From Dehalococcoidia bacterium (GTDB lineage: Bacteria > Chloroflexota > Dehalococcoidia > GIF9 > UBA5629): a stretch of 64,000 nt of DNA. The DNA is taken from positions 128,001-192,000 of the forward strand of contig JBEKIW010000002.1 of assembly GCA_050011565.1 (NCBI GenBank), given 5' to 3'. The notes beneath the pieces are model-generated. The model had not been told where the DNA came from. It ran no database searches and saw only the letters and a program-made list of their open reading frames with translations. The position numbers and the translations under genes are program-made. Of this stretch, positions 1 to 9,470 are shown in pieces (positions within the stretch are counted from its first letter, which is position 1; every line of letters begins with the position of its first letter).

Positions 1-5
1 ACATC

Positions 6-629
6 ATGACCTGGAATGTAGTTACCGTGTCCAGTGACACACCCATTATGGAAGCCAGGAAAGTCATGGATGCGCACAAGATTCGGCGCATGCCTGTGGT
101 TGATAAAGGAAAACTTGTAGGCATGATAAGCCGGGATGGCATAACTCGCGCCAGTCCTTCACCGGCAACCAGTCTCAGCGTTTGGGAAATCAATTACCTT
201 CTGGCAAAAATGACTGTTAAAGACATCATGTCAAAGAAGTTGGTTACAGTTACTCCTGATACCACCGTAGAAAGTGCGGTTGCTCTGGCACAAAATAAAG
301 GAGTAGGTGCTCTGCCCGTGGTAGAAGATGGTACCCTGGTAGGTATAGTGACTACCGATGATTTCTTCTACAAAATTCTGAATCCAGTGTTGGGCATAGG
401 CAAGCCTGGTACCAGATTACTAATCGGTAACTGCGGCTCACCTAAATGCATACAAGAGATTATGGAGGTTGTGGATAAAAACGGAATAAAGATAATTGGC
501 GTACACAATATGCCTCCAACAGATGGTGAAGCGACTGAATTGGTATTACATCTTGATAACACTGACCCAACTAAGATTACAAAAGAATTAATGGCTAAGG
601 GTTATACCGTAGAGGTAAGAGAGCGCTAA
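6..629 (+). CDS. CBS-pair plus C-terminal ACT-like domain protein (AcuB-like); probably 5'-truncated by the window edge
   Basis: Two CBS repeats (RRMPVVD..GKLVG, ALPVVEDG.LVGIVT) and the AcuB-like SPATSLSVWE linker; frame is open to the window start. Confidence 0.85.
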   Translation: MTWNVVTVSSDTPIMEARKVMDAHKIRRMPVVDKGKLVGMISRDGITRASPSPATSLSVWEINYLLAKMTVKDIMSKKLVTVTPDTTVESAVALAQNKGVGALPVVEDGTLVGIVTTDDFFYKILNPVLGIGKPGTRLLIGNCGSPKCIQEIMEVVDKNGIKIIGVHNMPPTDGEATELVLHLDNTDPTKITKELMAKGYTVEVRER

Positions 630-686
630 TCTAGAAATCTTTGCAAAGCGCTCACCAAACTGACTTCAGAAAAAGACCGGGAAGGA

Positions 687-1124
687 ATGATGGACAAAGC
701 TATAATAATTTATAGCACGAGAACAGGAAATACAGAAATAATGGCTGTGGCCATACAGGTCGGACTAAAAGAGGCCGCAGTTCAAGTAACATCGAAAAAT
801 GTAGAAAAAGCGAAGTTAAGCGACCTTAAAAATGCCGATGCCCTAATTCTTGGATGCCCTACCTATTATAATGACTTGCTGCCCGCCATGAAGTCATTGC
901 TTTTTGAAATTCGAAAGGTGAACTTGAAAGGAAAAGTCGGAGCGGCTTTTGGGCCCTATGCCTGGAGCGGCGAATCGATTCAAATGATAACTGATACCAT
1001 GAAACATATTTTCCAAATGAATGTTATCGAGCCCGGTCTGAAGCTACTACAGAGGCCGGAAGGTAGTGACATCGAAGCCTGCGTGGAATTCGGCAGAAAG
1101 ATTGCCGCGAAAATAAGAGGTTAA
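687..1124 (+). CDS. Flavodoxin-domain protein
   Basis: FMN loop YSTRTGNT, GCPTY, FGPYAWSGE. Confidence 0.85.
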   Translation: MMDKAIIIYSTRTGNTEIMAVAIQVGLKEAAVQVTSKNVEKAKLSDLKNADALILGCPTYYNDLLPAMKSLLFEIRKVNLKGKVGAAFGPYAWSGESIQMITDTMKHIFQMNVIEPGLKLLQRPEGSDIEACVEFGRKIAAKIRG

Positions 1125-1168
1125 AAACAGTCCTGAGTTGAAGGTTAATATCAGTTGATGGGCGAATG

Positions 1169-3334
1169 CTACTGTGTGATTTCAAACGTACTTGCCAGCA
1201 GTTCGGCGCTGTGCATTACTTTAATGCGGCTGCAGCGCTTATCCAGGCCGCCTCTGAGTTGCAGTACGCAGGCTAAGCAGTTCGTAATCACTGTTTCCAC
1301 GCCAGCTGCTTCTATATTATCCAGTTTTCTCTTCAAGACCGATTTGGACAACTCGGGATAGCTGAGCACGACATGACCACCAAAGCCGCAGCAGGCGTCT
1401 GAATCCGCCATTTCTATCACCTCAAAGCCTTCCCGTTCCAACAACCGCCTGGGCTCATTAAAGACACCGATGCCGCGCCTTAAATGGCAGGGGTCATGAT
1501 AAGTGACCTTCTGATTTCGTGACGGCTTTTTCGGCATGGAGGGGGTTAGCTCCAGCAGTAGCTGTGAGAAATCACGAATTTTACCGGCCAATGCTCTGGC
1601 TCGCTGGTTCCATCTCGGCTCAGCAGTGGTTAAGTTTAGATATTCCCGCTGCAATACGGCGGCGCAGCCCGGGCATACGGTAACGATATAGTCGGGCTTC
1701 ATTTCTTCAAGCGCAACGATATTTGTCTTAGCCAGATTCAATGCCGTCTCTATATCGCCGGCAAAATATGCCGGAGCGCCACAACACGCCTGCTCCGCCG
1801 GGTAATACGGCTCGGCGCCGCACTCTGTCAAGACCTTCATCACCTGTTCACCGATTTCAGGATAGGCATAAGCGCCAACACAGCCAGAATAAAAAGCCAC
1901 CTTAGGCTTATCTGTCAACTTGGGCGAAGAATAATCCCTGAGCCTGTCACGTAAAAAATTACGCGACAGTGCTGGAAGGCTGATAGTCTGGGTCAGCGCA
2001 TTCAACGGACCCGGAAGCCGTCGTATCATAAGGTCTGCATCAACGAAAGGTTGCTGCAAGTATGAGCCAATTCTTACCACTCTATCCAATCTGGGCTGGT
2101 GTTTCAGAATGCTGCGATAAGCCATACTGTTCAACATGGGCAAGCCTTTTTCTTCTGCCAGACTGGCTCTCAACCGCGTTATCATCCGCGGTATGTCAAT
2201 TCGGGCGGGACAGGCTTCTTTACAGGCCATGCAGCCAAGGCACAGGCTCGCCACCTCTTCAGCTTTATCCATACTGTGTAAAAAGGCGGTTAATATGGCA
2301 CCTATGCCTCCCTGATATACGTAGCCATAAACCTGCCCAGCAACTGAGGCAAAAACCGGGCAGACGTTAAGACACGTGCCGCACTTAATGCAATATAGCG
2401 CTTCCCTGAATTCGTCAGATTCTCTCATCTGCCATCGGCCGTTATCCACCAGTACGATGTGGACTTCACCGGGACCTCCGGCACCGTGAAGCATTGTCCC
2501 GGGAATGGCATCGGTACGACTTGGCCCGGTAATGTGGGAGACATACACCGGCATTTTCATGCCGGCGGTGCATCGACTGAGTAATCTGAAAATGGCAGCA
2601 GCATCTTTCCAGCTGGAAACTATCTTCTCATAGCCGACTACCGCCACATGAACCGGAGGCAAAGTTGTCGCCATACAACCGTTTCCCTCGTTGGTGACAA
2701 CGACCAATGTCCCGGTCTCAGCTATGGCGATATTAGCTCCCGAAATGCCCATGTCGGCATCTATGTAGGTCTGCCTCAAGGCACGACGCGCCGCATCCAG
2801 CAAAGCTTGAGGGTCGGTTCCCAGCTCCTGGCCGGTCGCCTTGGATATAAGCTCAGCCACCTGTTCTATGGTCTTGTGTATCGCGGGGCCAACCAAATGT
2901 GCCGGTCTTTCCCCTGCAAGCTGGACAATCCACTCCCCAATGTCGGTTTCCGTCACACCAATGCCGGCTTTTTGGAGATGCTCTCTTAACTCAATCTCCT
3001 CGCCCAGCATGGACTTCGATTTCACTATATGTTTCACTTTGCGTTCCTGCGCCAGCTTCAGCACATATTTAACGGCATCCTCAGCGTCTTCGGCTTCGTA
3101 TACCACGGCCCCGGCTTTGGTGGCTTGTGACTTAAACTGCTCCACCAGCTGCGGCAGGTTGGCGATGGAATTCTCTTTAACGCGACGAATCTCCTGACTT
3201 AAAGACTCAAAATCGAGTCCCGTAAATGCTAGCTGACGTACGAATTTAATCAGCCCCAGTAGTCTGGTAAGGGCGGTTTGCAAGTTTTCATCCGTTAGTG
3301 CCTTGTGCACGCGCTTTGTCATGGCCCGACTCAT
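1169..3334 (-). CDS. LUD domain + 2x[4Fe-4S] + CCG domains (LutB-LutA-type fusion, lactate utilisation)
   Basis: KSKSM..EEI, ETDIGEWI, CIKCGTCLNVCP, CLGCMACKEACP, two CCG motifs, YHDPCHL. Confidence 0.88.
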   Translation of the reverse strand: MSRAMTKRVHKALTDENLQTALTRLLGLIKFVRQLAFTGLDFESLSQEIRRVKENSIANLPQLVEQFKSQATKAGAVVYEAEDAEDAVKYVLKLAQERKVKHIVKSKSMLGEEIELREHLQKAGIGVTETDIGEWIVQLAGERPAHLVGPAIHKTIEQVAELISKATGQELGTDPQALLDAARRALRQTYIDADMGISGANIAIAETGTLVVVTNEGNGCMATTLPPVHVAVVGYEKIVSSWKDAAAIFRLLSRCTAGMKMPVYVSHITGPSRTDAIPGTMLHGAGGPGEVHIVLVDNGRWQMRESDEFREALYCIKCGTCLNVCPVFASVAGQVYGYVYQGGIGAILTAFLHSMDKAEEVASLCLGCMACKEACPARIDIPRMITRLRASLAEEKGLPMLNSMAYRSILKHQPRLDRVVRIGSYLQQPFVDADLMIRRLPGPLNALTQTISLPALSRNFLRDRLRDYSSPKLTDKPKVAFYSGCVGAYAYPEIGEQVMKVLTECGAEPYYPAEQACCGAPAYFAGDIETALNLAKTNIVALEEMKPDYIVTVCPGCAAVLQREYLNLTTAEPRWNQRARALAGKIRDFSQLLLELTPSMPKKPSRNQKVTYHDPCHLRRGIGVFNEPRRLLEREGFEVIEMADSDACCGFGGHVVLSYPELSKSVLKRKLDNIEAAGVETVITNCLACVLQLRGGLDKRCSRIKVMHSAELLASTFEITQ

Positions 3335-4071
3335 ACGCTACCCCTCCTGGCAGCCTTATTCATCAGTATTACGTGCTCCTCGGCAGGCCCCTGAGCTCTG
3401 GCCAGTACAGCACCGGGTATATCAGCAGTTGTATTTCTGCCGGTGATATAAGTGACATAACCTGGCACGACCTGACCAGCTATATTTCCCTTGAGCGATT
3501 TAAGCCTGGTAATAACATCTTCCATAAAAGGAACCAGATTTTGACTCTCAACCAGAGTTACATGTATACGAGGTAAAACGGCAACCAGACGGGTGACGCC
3601 TTCATTTCCGACGATGATTAAAGTTCCCGTTTCAGCTATGGCTACGTCAGCTTCCGATATGCCCATGTCGGCATCAATACAGTATTGCCTTATGGTTCTA
3701 TTGGCTGCATTTAACAGAACCCGCGGGTCGGGATTTAGTTTCTTGCCGGTTGCCTTAGAAATAAGCTTCTCCACCTGTCCAATCGTTTTCCGTCCCGTCG
3801 GTTTTTCACCGGCTAACTGAGCCATCCACTCCTTCAAATCGGCCTCGATTACCTCGATGCCAGCCTTCTCCAGATGTTTCCTCAATTTAATTTTATCAGC
3901 GACTTTGGATTTAGATTTAACTGCGTTTTTAACATGGCGTTCCTGGGCCAGTTTCAATATGTAATTACTGGCATCTTCAGCACTTGAGGCCTCGTACACC
4001 ATAGCACCTGCCTTGCCGGCCTCTGCCTTGAACTGGGCTGCTAGCCCTGCAACTTGAGCACCCATTTTCAA
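3331..4071 (-). CDS. LUD-domain protein (LutC-like)
   Basis: ADMGISEADVAIAETGTL, ITGRNTTADI, GPAEEHVIL; paralogous to the N-terminus of the next gene. Confidence 0.8.
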   Translation of the reverse strand: MKMGAQVAGLAAQFKAEAGKAGAMVYEASSAEDASNYILKLAQERHVKNAVKSKSKVADKIKLRKHLEKAGIEVIEADLKEWMAQLAGEKPTGRKTIGQVEKLISKATGKKLNPDPRVLLNAANRTIRQYCIDADMGISEADVAIAETGTLIIVGNEGVTRLVAVLPRIHVTLVESQNLVPFMEDVITRLKSLKGNIAGQVVPGYVTYITGRNTTADIPGAVLARAQGPAEEHVILMNKAARRGSV

Positions 4072-4092
4072 TCCCCGTCTACAAACCCTACA

Positions 4093-5343
4093 TTAAGAGG
4101 CAGATAAATACTGAATGGTACCGTCAGGAACAACCGCTACCCTGGCGCCATCAGGGAAATCTTGCTTTAATATGCCAGTCACCTCAGACCACGACTTTGC
4201 CCATATAGTGTCGGGTATCGCCAGCCAGTCAGTCGTAGACCTCTCGAATTGCGGAGATAATACCATGAATCTTCTTAACCACGGTAGCTGAAAATCAACG
4301 GAGCTGAATAAGCGGCCTCTGGCTTTCCCGCCAAAACTACCCAGCAAATAATGGACTACCTGGCCGGCCGGGCAGTCCATTATCAGTACCAGCTCGCCCC
4401 CCTTTTCCATCAGCATCTGTATGCCTATGATCAAGCCGACTATGGCTTCGCTGCCCTTGCTATAAGTATTCACCACAACCACATCAGCCCCCGGGACTGG
4501 TTTTGTAGCGTAGTGCGACAGAGCAAACTTGACCGCCTCATAGTATTCCGCCTCAGGCTCGCCCACGAATATAGCACAGGGCTCTCCACTCCCATTGATT
4601 ACGGTGTCAATCTTGAGGTCGAGACCTATCATTTTTGCCGCCTCATTAAAATCCTTGACCATAGGATTATCGAGGTAATTGCCCAGCCCAACAGTATTTC
4701 CCCGGCCGCCTTCTCTGGCTTTTATTTCAAGCAAGTGAAAAGCCTCGATTGAGTCGATAGAAGCTATGCCAGGCAGTACAATTTTGCCACCGCCGCCGAA
4801 TCCACTTTGAGGATGAGGAATTACCGAGCCGATGCCGATTTTCAAATCGCAGCTCATTACCTCAGAATTGACAGAAAGCCGTGTCCCCTGCGAAGTCTGC
4901 CCGACATAGGTGCAGTTCTCATAGATATTGTGATTGTAAACCGGGAACCTGTCCATTATCTTCTGGCCCAGCTTCTTCTGGAAATCCTGATAAGTATGAG
5001 CCCCGTGAGCACCGGCAGCACAGATGAATCTGATTGCCTGCTCAGAAATGCCCGCCGCCTCCAACTCCTTAATAACATAGGGTATCAAATCGGCGACTCT
5101 TGTAGGACGCGAGATATCATCAAAGATTACGGCAACTTTATTTTTACCTTTGGCCAGCTCTTTAAGCCTGGTACTGCCGATAGGATTATCAAACGCTGTC
5201 TTTATCTGTTTGGGGGCTATCTGTGGGATGTCATGCCCCTTCATCAGGCAGGGCACCACCTCCCAAGATTCGGGGAAGGTCAGCCGCAATTTCCCCTCTT
5301 CATACCACATCTGCCTGGGAACTGCTATAGCCCTGGTACTCAT
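4093..5343 (-). CDS. larA: LarA-family (nickel-pincer lactate racemase/2-hydroxyacid epimerase) protein
   Basis: DDISRPT, GAH, HNIYE, VIPHPQSGFGGGGKIVLPGI motifs; adjacent to LUD genes. Confidence 0.75.
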   Translation of the reverse strand: MSTRAIAVPRQMWYEEGKLRLTFPESWEVVPCLMKGHDIPQIAPKQIKTAFDNPIGSTRLKELAKGKNKVAVIFDDISRPTRVADLIPYVIKELEAAGISEQAIRFICAAGAHGAHTYQDFQKKLGQKIMDRFPVYNHNIYENCTYVGQTSQGTRLSVNSEVMSCDLKIGIGSVIPHPQSGFGGGGKIVLPGIASIDSIEAFHLLEIKAREGGRGNTVGLGNYLDNPMVKDFNEAAKMIGLDLKIDTVINGSGEPCAIFVGEPEAEYYEAVKFALSHYATKPVPGADVVVVNTYSKGSEAIVGLIIGIQMLMEKGGELVLIMDCPAGQVVHYLLGSFGGKARGRLFSSVDFQLPWLRRFMVLSPQFERSTTDWLAIPDTIWAKSWSEVTGILKQDFPDGARVAVVPDGTIQYLSAS

Positions 5344-5372
5344 TTTTATTCCCTGTTATAAGGTTTATTCCG

Positions 5373-5627
5373 TTAGTGGTTTGCCAGCTCAACCACAGTT
5401 ACGCCGACTCCCCCCTCGCCCCAATCACCGAACCGGAATGACTTGACCAGAGGATGTTCCGCCAGAGTCTCATGTACTGCTTGTCTTAGCACTCCCGTTC
5501 CTTTGCCGTGGACGATGCGCACCGAGGGCAACCCTGCCATGAAGGCAGCGTTAAGGTAATGGTCAAGTTTGGGCAAGGCCTCATCTATCCTGAGCCGGCG
5601 TATACGCAATTCGGAATCCACCGCCAT
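5373..5627 (-). CDS. Stand-alone Smr/MutS2 C-terminal domain protein
   Basis: IVHGKGTGVLR and GEGG.GVTVVEL. Confidence 0.9.
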   Translation of the reverse strand: MAVDSELRIRRLRIDEALPKLDHYLNAAFMAGLPSVRIVHGKGTGVLRQAVHETLAEHPLVKSFRFGDWGEGGVGVTVVELANH

Positions 5628-7054
5628 TAAGTTAACCTTTCAAATTTCAAGCTCAGTATGTTCTTCGTCTTTTCAGTAACCTTAACCCTGTCATCCATTC
5701 TCCAGCCGACGACCCACAGAATTTGCCTGGCTGAGGTAACCAACGGCACCCGGTCTCGCCATGTACGGGGAATTTTGGCATCGACCATAAAGTCCTGGAG
5801 CTTCTTGGTCTGATTCATGCCCAGAGGCTGAAAACGGTCGCCGGGTCTGCGTCGCCGCACCACCAGTTTTTTGCCAACCTTATCCAAGTCAAAGCTGGCG
5901 GTAATACCATTGTCGCTGCCGACTGACTGTTGAACTATATCCGCCCTAACCCGCCAGCCCGATAAATCAGTTTCCCCAGGGATATTAATGCTGGTTGTAC
6001 CCTGGAGAGGAGGCAAGGGACATACTGAAGCTCGAGTCGGTGTTATAACCAGACGGCCATACTCCGTGGACAGCGTCAACCCGTCAGGCAGACAAAATCT
6101 CTTTCCCGCTGGTTTCGATAGAGACTCAATCATGGCTTCAATATGGTCGGCCTCGATGTCCTTCAGGTCTCCTCTTAGTAGCTTAACTACTTTTCTAAAG
6201 ACCTGCCTTTGTACGGCACGCGGCAGAGCACGCATCTTGTTCACGTCAAGGTAAAGTGCATCGCCGTCTTTTTGTACTAAATCCGCCCACAGCAAAGAAG
6301 CTTGTTCCTCAATAAAAGAGATGTCATCTGTAGCAATATCGGCCAGCCTCAGCAGCACCTTGTCAATACCGGAGTTATAGCTTCTAAGTACAGGCAGCAA
6401 CTCGAGGCGGATACGGTTTCTTAAGAAGGAAAGCGATTCATTGGATGAATCGCTCCGCGGGGCCAGTCGGTGCCGCCGGCAATAACTCAACGTTTCCTGC
6501 CGGGTAATTTCAAGCAGCGGCCTGACTACTTCAAGCCGGTCACCTTTGTCACCGTGTGGCAATGCCGAGCGAGACTGCAGACCACGTAGTCCTGCTGTGC
6601 CCGCGCCGCGCAGTAAATGCAGCAGAATAGTCTCGATATGGTCGTCACAGGTGTGTCCTGTTACCACTTTAGAGGCACCGACCTTCTTAGCCACATTAGC
6701 CAGGAAGCCGTAACGGACTTCGCGGGCAGCTTCCTCTAATGAGCCGCCCTTGCGGTTACGATATGCTGCTACATCCCGGCGCCCAATAGCGGCCGGCACG
6801 CCGAGCTTATGCGCCAAATCAGAAACATAACCGGCATCGGCATCGGATTCAGCATTTCGAAGCTGGTGGTTGAGATGGGCGGCATGCAGCTCTACACCCA
6901 GGTCATCCAGGTGATGCGCCAGAATATGAAGCAAACAAACCGAATCGGCACCCCCGGATACAGCCACTACCAGCTTATCGCCGGCTGAGATAAGACTTTG
7001 CTCGCGGATAAAGTCGATTACTCTTCCGTCCAGCGTTTTGTCTTTTCTGGCCAA
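5627..7054 (-). CDS. tilS: tRNA(Ile)-lysidine synthetase
   Basis: PP-loop AVSGGADS, HTCDDHIET, RNRIR, C-terminal RRPGDRF/KKLQDF. Confidence 0.95.
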   Translation of the reverse strand: MARKDKTLDGRVIDFIREQSLISAGDKLVVAVSGGADSVCLLHILAHHLDDLGVELHAAHLNHQLRNAESDADAGYVSDLAHKLGVPAAIGRRDVAAYRNRKGGSLEEAAREVRYGFLANVAKKVGASKVVTGHTCDDHIETILLHLLRGAGTAGLRGLQSRSALPHGDKGDRLEVVRPLLEITRQETLSYCRRHRLAPRSDSSNESLSFLRNRIRLELLPVLRSYNSGIDKVLLRLADIATDDISFIEEQASLLWADLVQKDGDALYLDVNKMRALPRAVQRQVFRKVVKLLRGDLKDIEADHIEAMIESLSKPAGKRFCLPDGLTLSTEYGRLVITPTRASVCPLPPLQGTTSINIPGETDLSGWRVRADIVQQSVGSDNGITASFDLDKVGKKLVVRRRRPGDRFQPLGMNQTKKLQDFMVDAKIPRTWRDRVPLVTSARQILWVVGWRMDDRVKVTEKTKNILSLKFERLT

Positions 7055-7055
7055 C

Positions 7056-7667
7056 TTAGCCCTCTCTTAGATGACAAGTATCGCTCAATGATACCAGGCG
7101 AGTCTGCCCATCTGTGAAGTCAATTATACTGATACTACCGGTCTGCACTCTAATCCGTTCTATAGTGGTCAGCGGCCATCCCAGAGCTTTACAGATGGTC
7201 GCCACGCACGTAAAAAAGTGGCTCACCACCACTACATTTCCGTGGTCATGTCTGTTCTTTATCGATTGAACTATGGTCCAGACCCTGTCAGCCAGCTCAG
7301 CGACACTCTCACCACCGGGTAACTTTTCCGTGCCCAGTCCCTGTCGCCAGTGAAGCAAAAATTGGCCAAAACTAGTCCCCAAATCAGCAATGGAGACGCC
7401 TTCTAGCTCACCGACTTCCATCTCCCGTAAATCGGGCTCTACCTGCACCGTTAAACTATGGTAGCCGGCAATGGCCTGTGCAGTATCCAGAGCGCGCTTT
7501 AAGGGGCTGGAATAAATAGCGCCAATTTCTGTGTCCTTTAGTGCCAGCCCCAGTCTCGCTGCCTGCTCTTTTCCGACCTCGCTTAATTCAATATCGCTGC
7601 TGCCACCCTGAATCCGCCTTTCCTGGTTCCAGGCGGTCTCGCCGTGTCTGACCAGAATAAGTTTAAT
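7056..7667 (-). CDS. Histidine phosphatase (GpmB/CobC-like), 203 aa, extended upstream of the ORF track to a probable ATT start
   Basis: Frame upstream of 7448 reads IKLILVRHGETAWNQERRIQGG...YSSPLKRALDTA (RHG catalytic motif); AAGGAGGT 5 nt before ATT at 7667. Confidence 0.88.
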   Translation of the reverse strand: MKLILVRHGETAWNQERRIQGGSSDIELSEVGKEQAARLGLALKDTEIGAIYSSPLKRALDTAQAIAGYHSLTVQVEPDLREMEVGELEGVSIADLGTSFGQFLLHWRQGLGTEKLPGGESVAELADRVWTIVQSIKNRHDHGNVVVVSHFFTCVATICKALGWPLTTIERIRVQTGSISIIDFTDGQTRLVSLSDTCHLREG

Positions 7668-7670
7668 CGC

Positions 7671-8822
7671 TTACCTCCTTCTAGGAGCTTTCATATTATA
7701 ACGGTTGGCCAAACTAACCCGCTTAGTATACGGTGGATGGTCATAAAATAACAGTTCCTCCCAACGGCTGGGGTCGGCCACACTTAGATTCTGGTTCGTA
7801 AGCCTGGTCATTGCCGTAACAAAAGCTTGGGGATTAGCCGTCAATTCCAGGGCAGCTTTATCGGCGGACGCCTCCACATACCGGCTGCAGGCATTAGTCA
7901 ATGGCGTTATTATTAAGCTCATAGCAGCTATGGACAATAATAGCAGAGGGAACGCCGCCACATCGGCAATTCCATCAAAACCAAATGGGATAATGCTGGC
8001 TCTTAAAACCAGATTGGACAGGTATAAACCCAGCAAAATCATAGCTGCCTGCAGGGCAATAAGCTTGGGAATATCCTTGTGGAGGTGATGCCCCAGTTCA
8101 TGCGCCAGTATCACTTCAATCTCATCCGAACTATATTTCTGGAGCAAAGTATCGGTGAGAATAATACTCCTCGTCCTGCCCAGGCCGGCTAACATAGCAT
8201 TGGCTGTGGTGCCTTTGCTGCTCAAGTCTATGGTGGACACATTGGAAATCGGGGCTCGAGCCCGCTTTGCCAGCTTCATCAATCTTCGTTTAAGCCCCGT
8301 GTCACCCAGAGGCTCTAACTTAAAGAACATGGGCAGCAGTAAAGTCGGCGTCAGCCGCGTTAAAAGTAAGCTGAGCAGGAATAAAAATACGGCAGCCCAC
8401 AACCACCACATGTCCGGGAAGCGGGCCAGCAGCCAGTAAACGAGAATAGCTACTGCCAGGCCCAATAAAAAGCCCAGGGCTGAGGATTTGGCTCTGTCTG
8501 CCAACCAGGCACTAAGCTTTTGATGCGACAAATCGTAGCGTCGCGGCAGGATAAAGCCCTGGTAGTAGTTCAGCGGCATCAAAATTATTCCCAGACCAAC
8601 CGCCAAAATAGTAAAGTACAAAGCGGATGCCCAGGGCTGAGGAAAAGCCAAAAAGTAGCTCAGTTTGACCGAGAGGCCGCCGAAAACGAGCACCAGCAAT
8701 ATAACGCCGACTATAGCCAACTCGATTAAAGACAGTCGCCTCATAAGCCGGGCGAATTTCCTGGCCAGCTTTTGACGCTTAGAATTCAAACGAGGCTGTG
8801 TTGATTGCATCTGATAACCCAA
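7671..8822 (-). CDS. M48 (Ste24/CAAX-type) membrane zinc metallopeptidase
   Basis: TM segments, ANAML.GLG, HELGH, E..AD, YDHPP. Confidence 0.9.
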   Translation of the reverse strand: MGYQMQSTQPRLNSKRQKLARKFARLMRRLSLIELAIVGVILLVLVFGGLSVKLSYFLAFPQPWASALYFTILAVGLGIILMPLNYYQGFILPRRYDLSHQKLSAWLADRAKSSALGFLLGLAVAILVYWLLARFPDMWWLWAAVFLFLLSLLLTRLTPTLLLPMFFKLEPLGDTGLKRRLMKLAKRARAPISNVSTIDLSSKGTTANAMLAGLGRTRSIILTDTLLQKYSSDEIEVILAHELGHHLHKDIPKLIALQAAMILLGLYLSNLVLRASIIPFGFDGIADVAAFPLLLLSIAAMSLIITPLTNACSRYVEASADKAALELTANPQAFVTAMTRLTNQNLSVADPSRWEELLFYDHPPYTKRVSLANRYNMKAPRRR

Positions 8823-8828
8823 TCGGAG

Positions 8829-9470
8829 TCAGTCTAAAATCAGATTGGTGCGATGAATAGATTTGGGACGTTTGGAGAAACCAAGGGCCTTAGTAACCTG
8901 CTCCGGCCTGCCCGCACCCTTTTCATCGCAGCGGAGTCTCATTCCCAAAACACATATTGAATCCTGGCAATCGATAAGCCGAAGGTCATCCACCAGGGCG
9001 CGCAAATCGTAGTAACGGTCGCCGGTATCCCGGTGATGGTGCCACGGCAGTTCCTTCATTGACAGAAAAGATTTCAAAGCTGACTCAACTTCCTGGCATC
9101 CTTTTTCCGTCTCTACTTCAACCCTGTACTCAACGAATTTAACCTGTGATTGAAGCGATGGAACGTTCGGCCCAACCGGCCAGACCTCAAGCAGAGCTAT
9201 GCCGCGAGGTAACTGCTTCTCTATCTGTGCCACAAAAGACTGAGGAGACACCCATCGAGATAGTGAAATATCCATTAGCTCAACGTCACTGGTCACGCCG
9301 ACTAACAGTGGAGCTGCCAGGGCAATCTGTGGATGAGGAGTGAAACCTTCCGAATAAGCTAACGGGAGGCCAGCCCGGCGTAAAGCCCTCTCCCAAAGCC
9401 TCATTAAGTCTAAGTGCGACAGAAACTTGAGCTCTTCACCACGGCCGAACTTAAGGCGCAGGCGCTGCAT
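8829..9470 (-). CDS. TIGR03936/DUF2344 radical-SAM-associated protein
   Basis: FLSHLDLMR...RRAGLPLAYSEGFTPHP signature. Confidence 0.88.
   Translation of the reverse strand: MQRLRLKFGRGEELKFLSHLDLMRLWERALRRAGLPLAYSEGFTPHPQIALAAPLLVGVTSDVELMDISLSRWVSPQSFVAQIEKQLPRGIALLEVWPVGPNVPSLQSQVKFVEYRVEVETEKGCQEVESALKSFLSMKELPWHHHRDTGDRYYDLRALVDDLRLIDCQDSICVLGMRLRCDEKGAGRPEQVTKALGFSKRPKSIHRTNLILD

Noticed and set aside
8823-8831. TGA of the DUF2344 gene is in frame with the M48 peptidase
   Set aside because: Both proteins are complete on their own, with no Cys context or GGTC hairpin; ordinary operon packing
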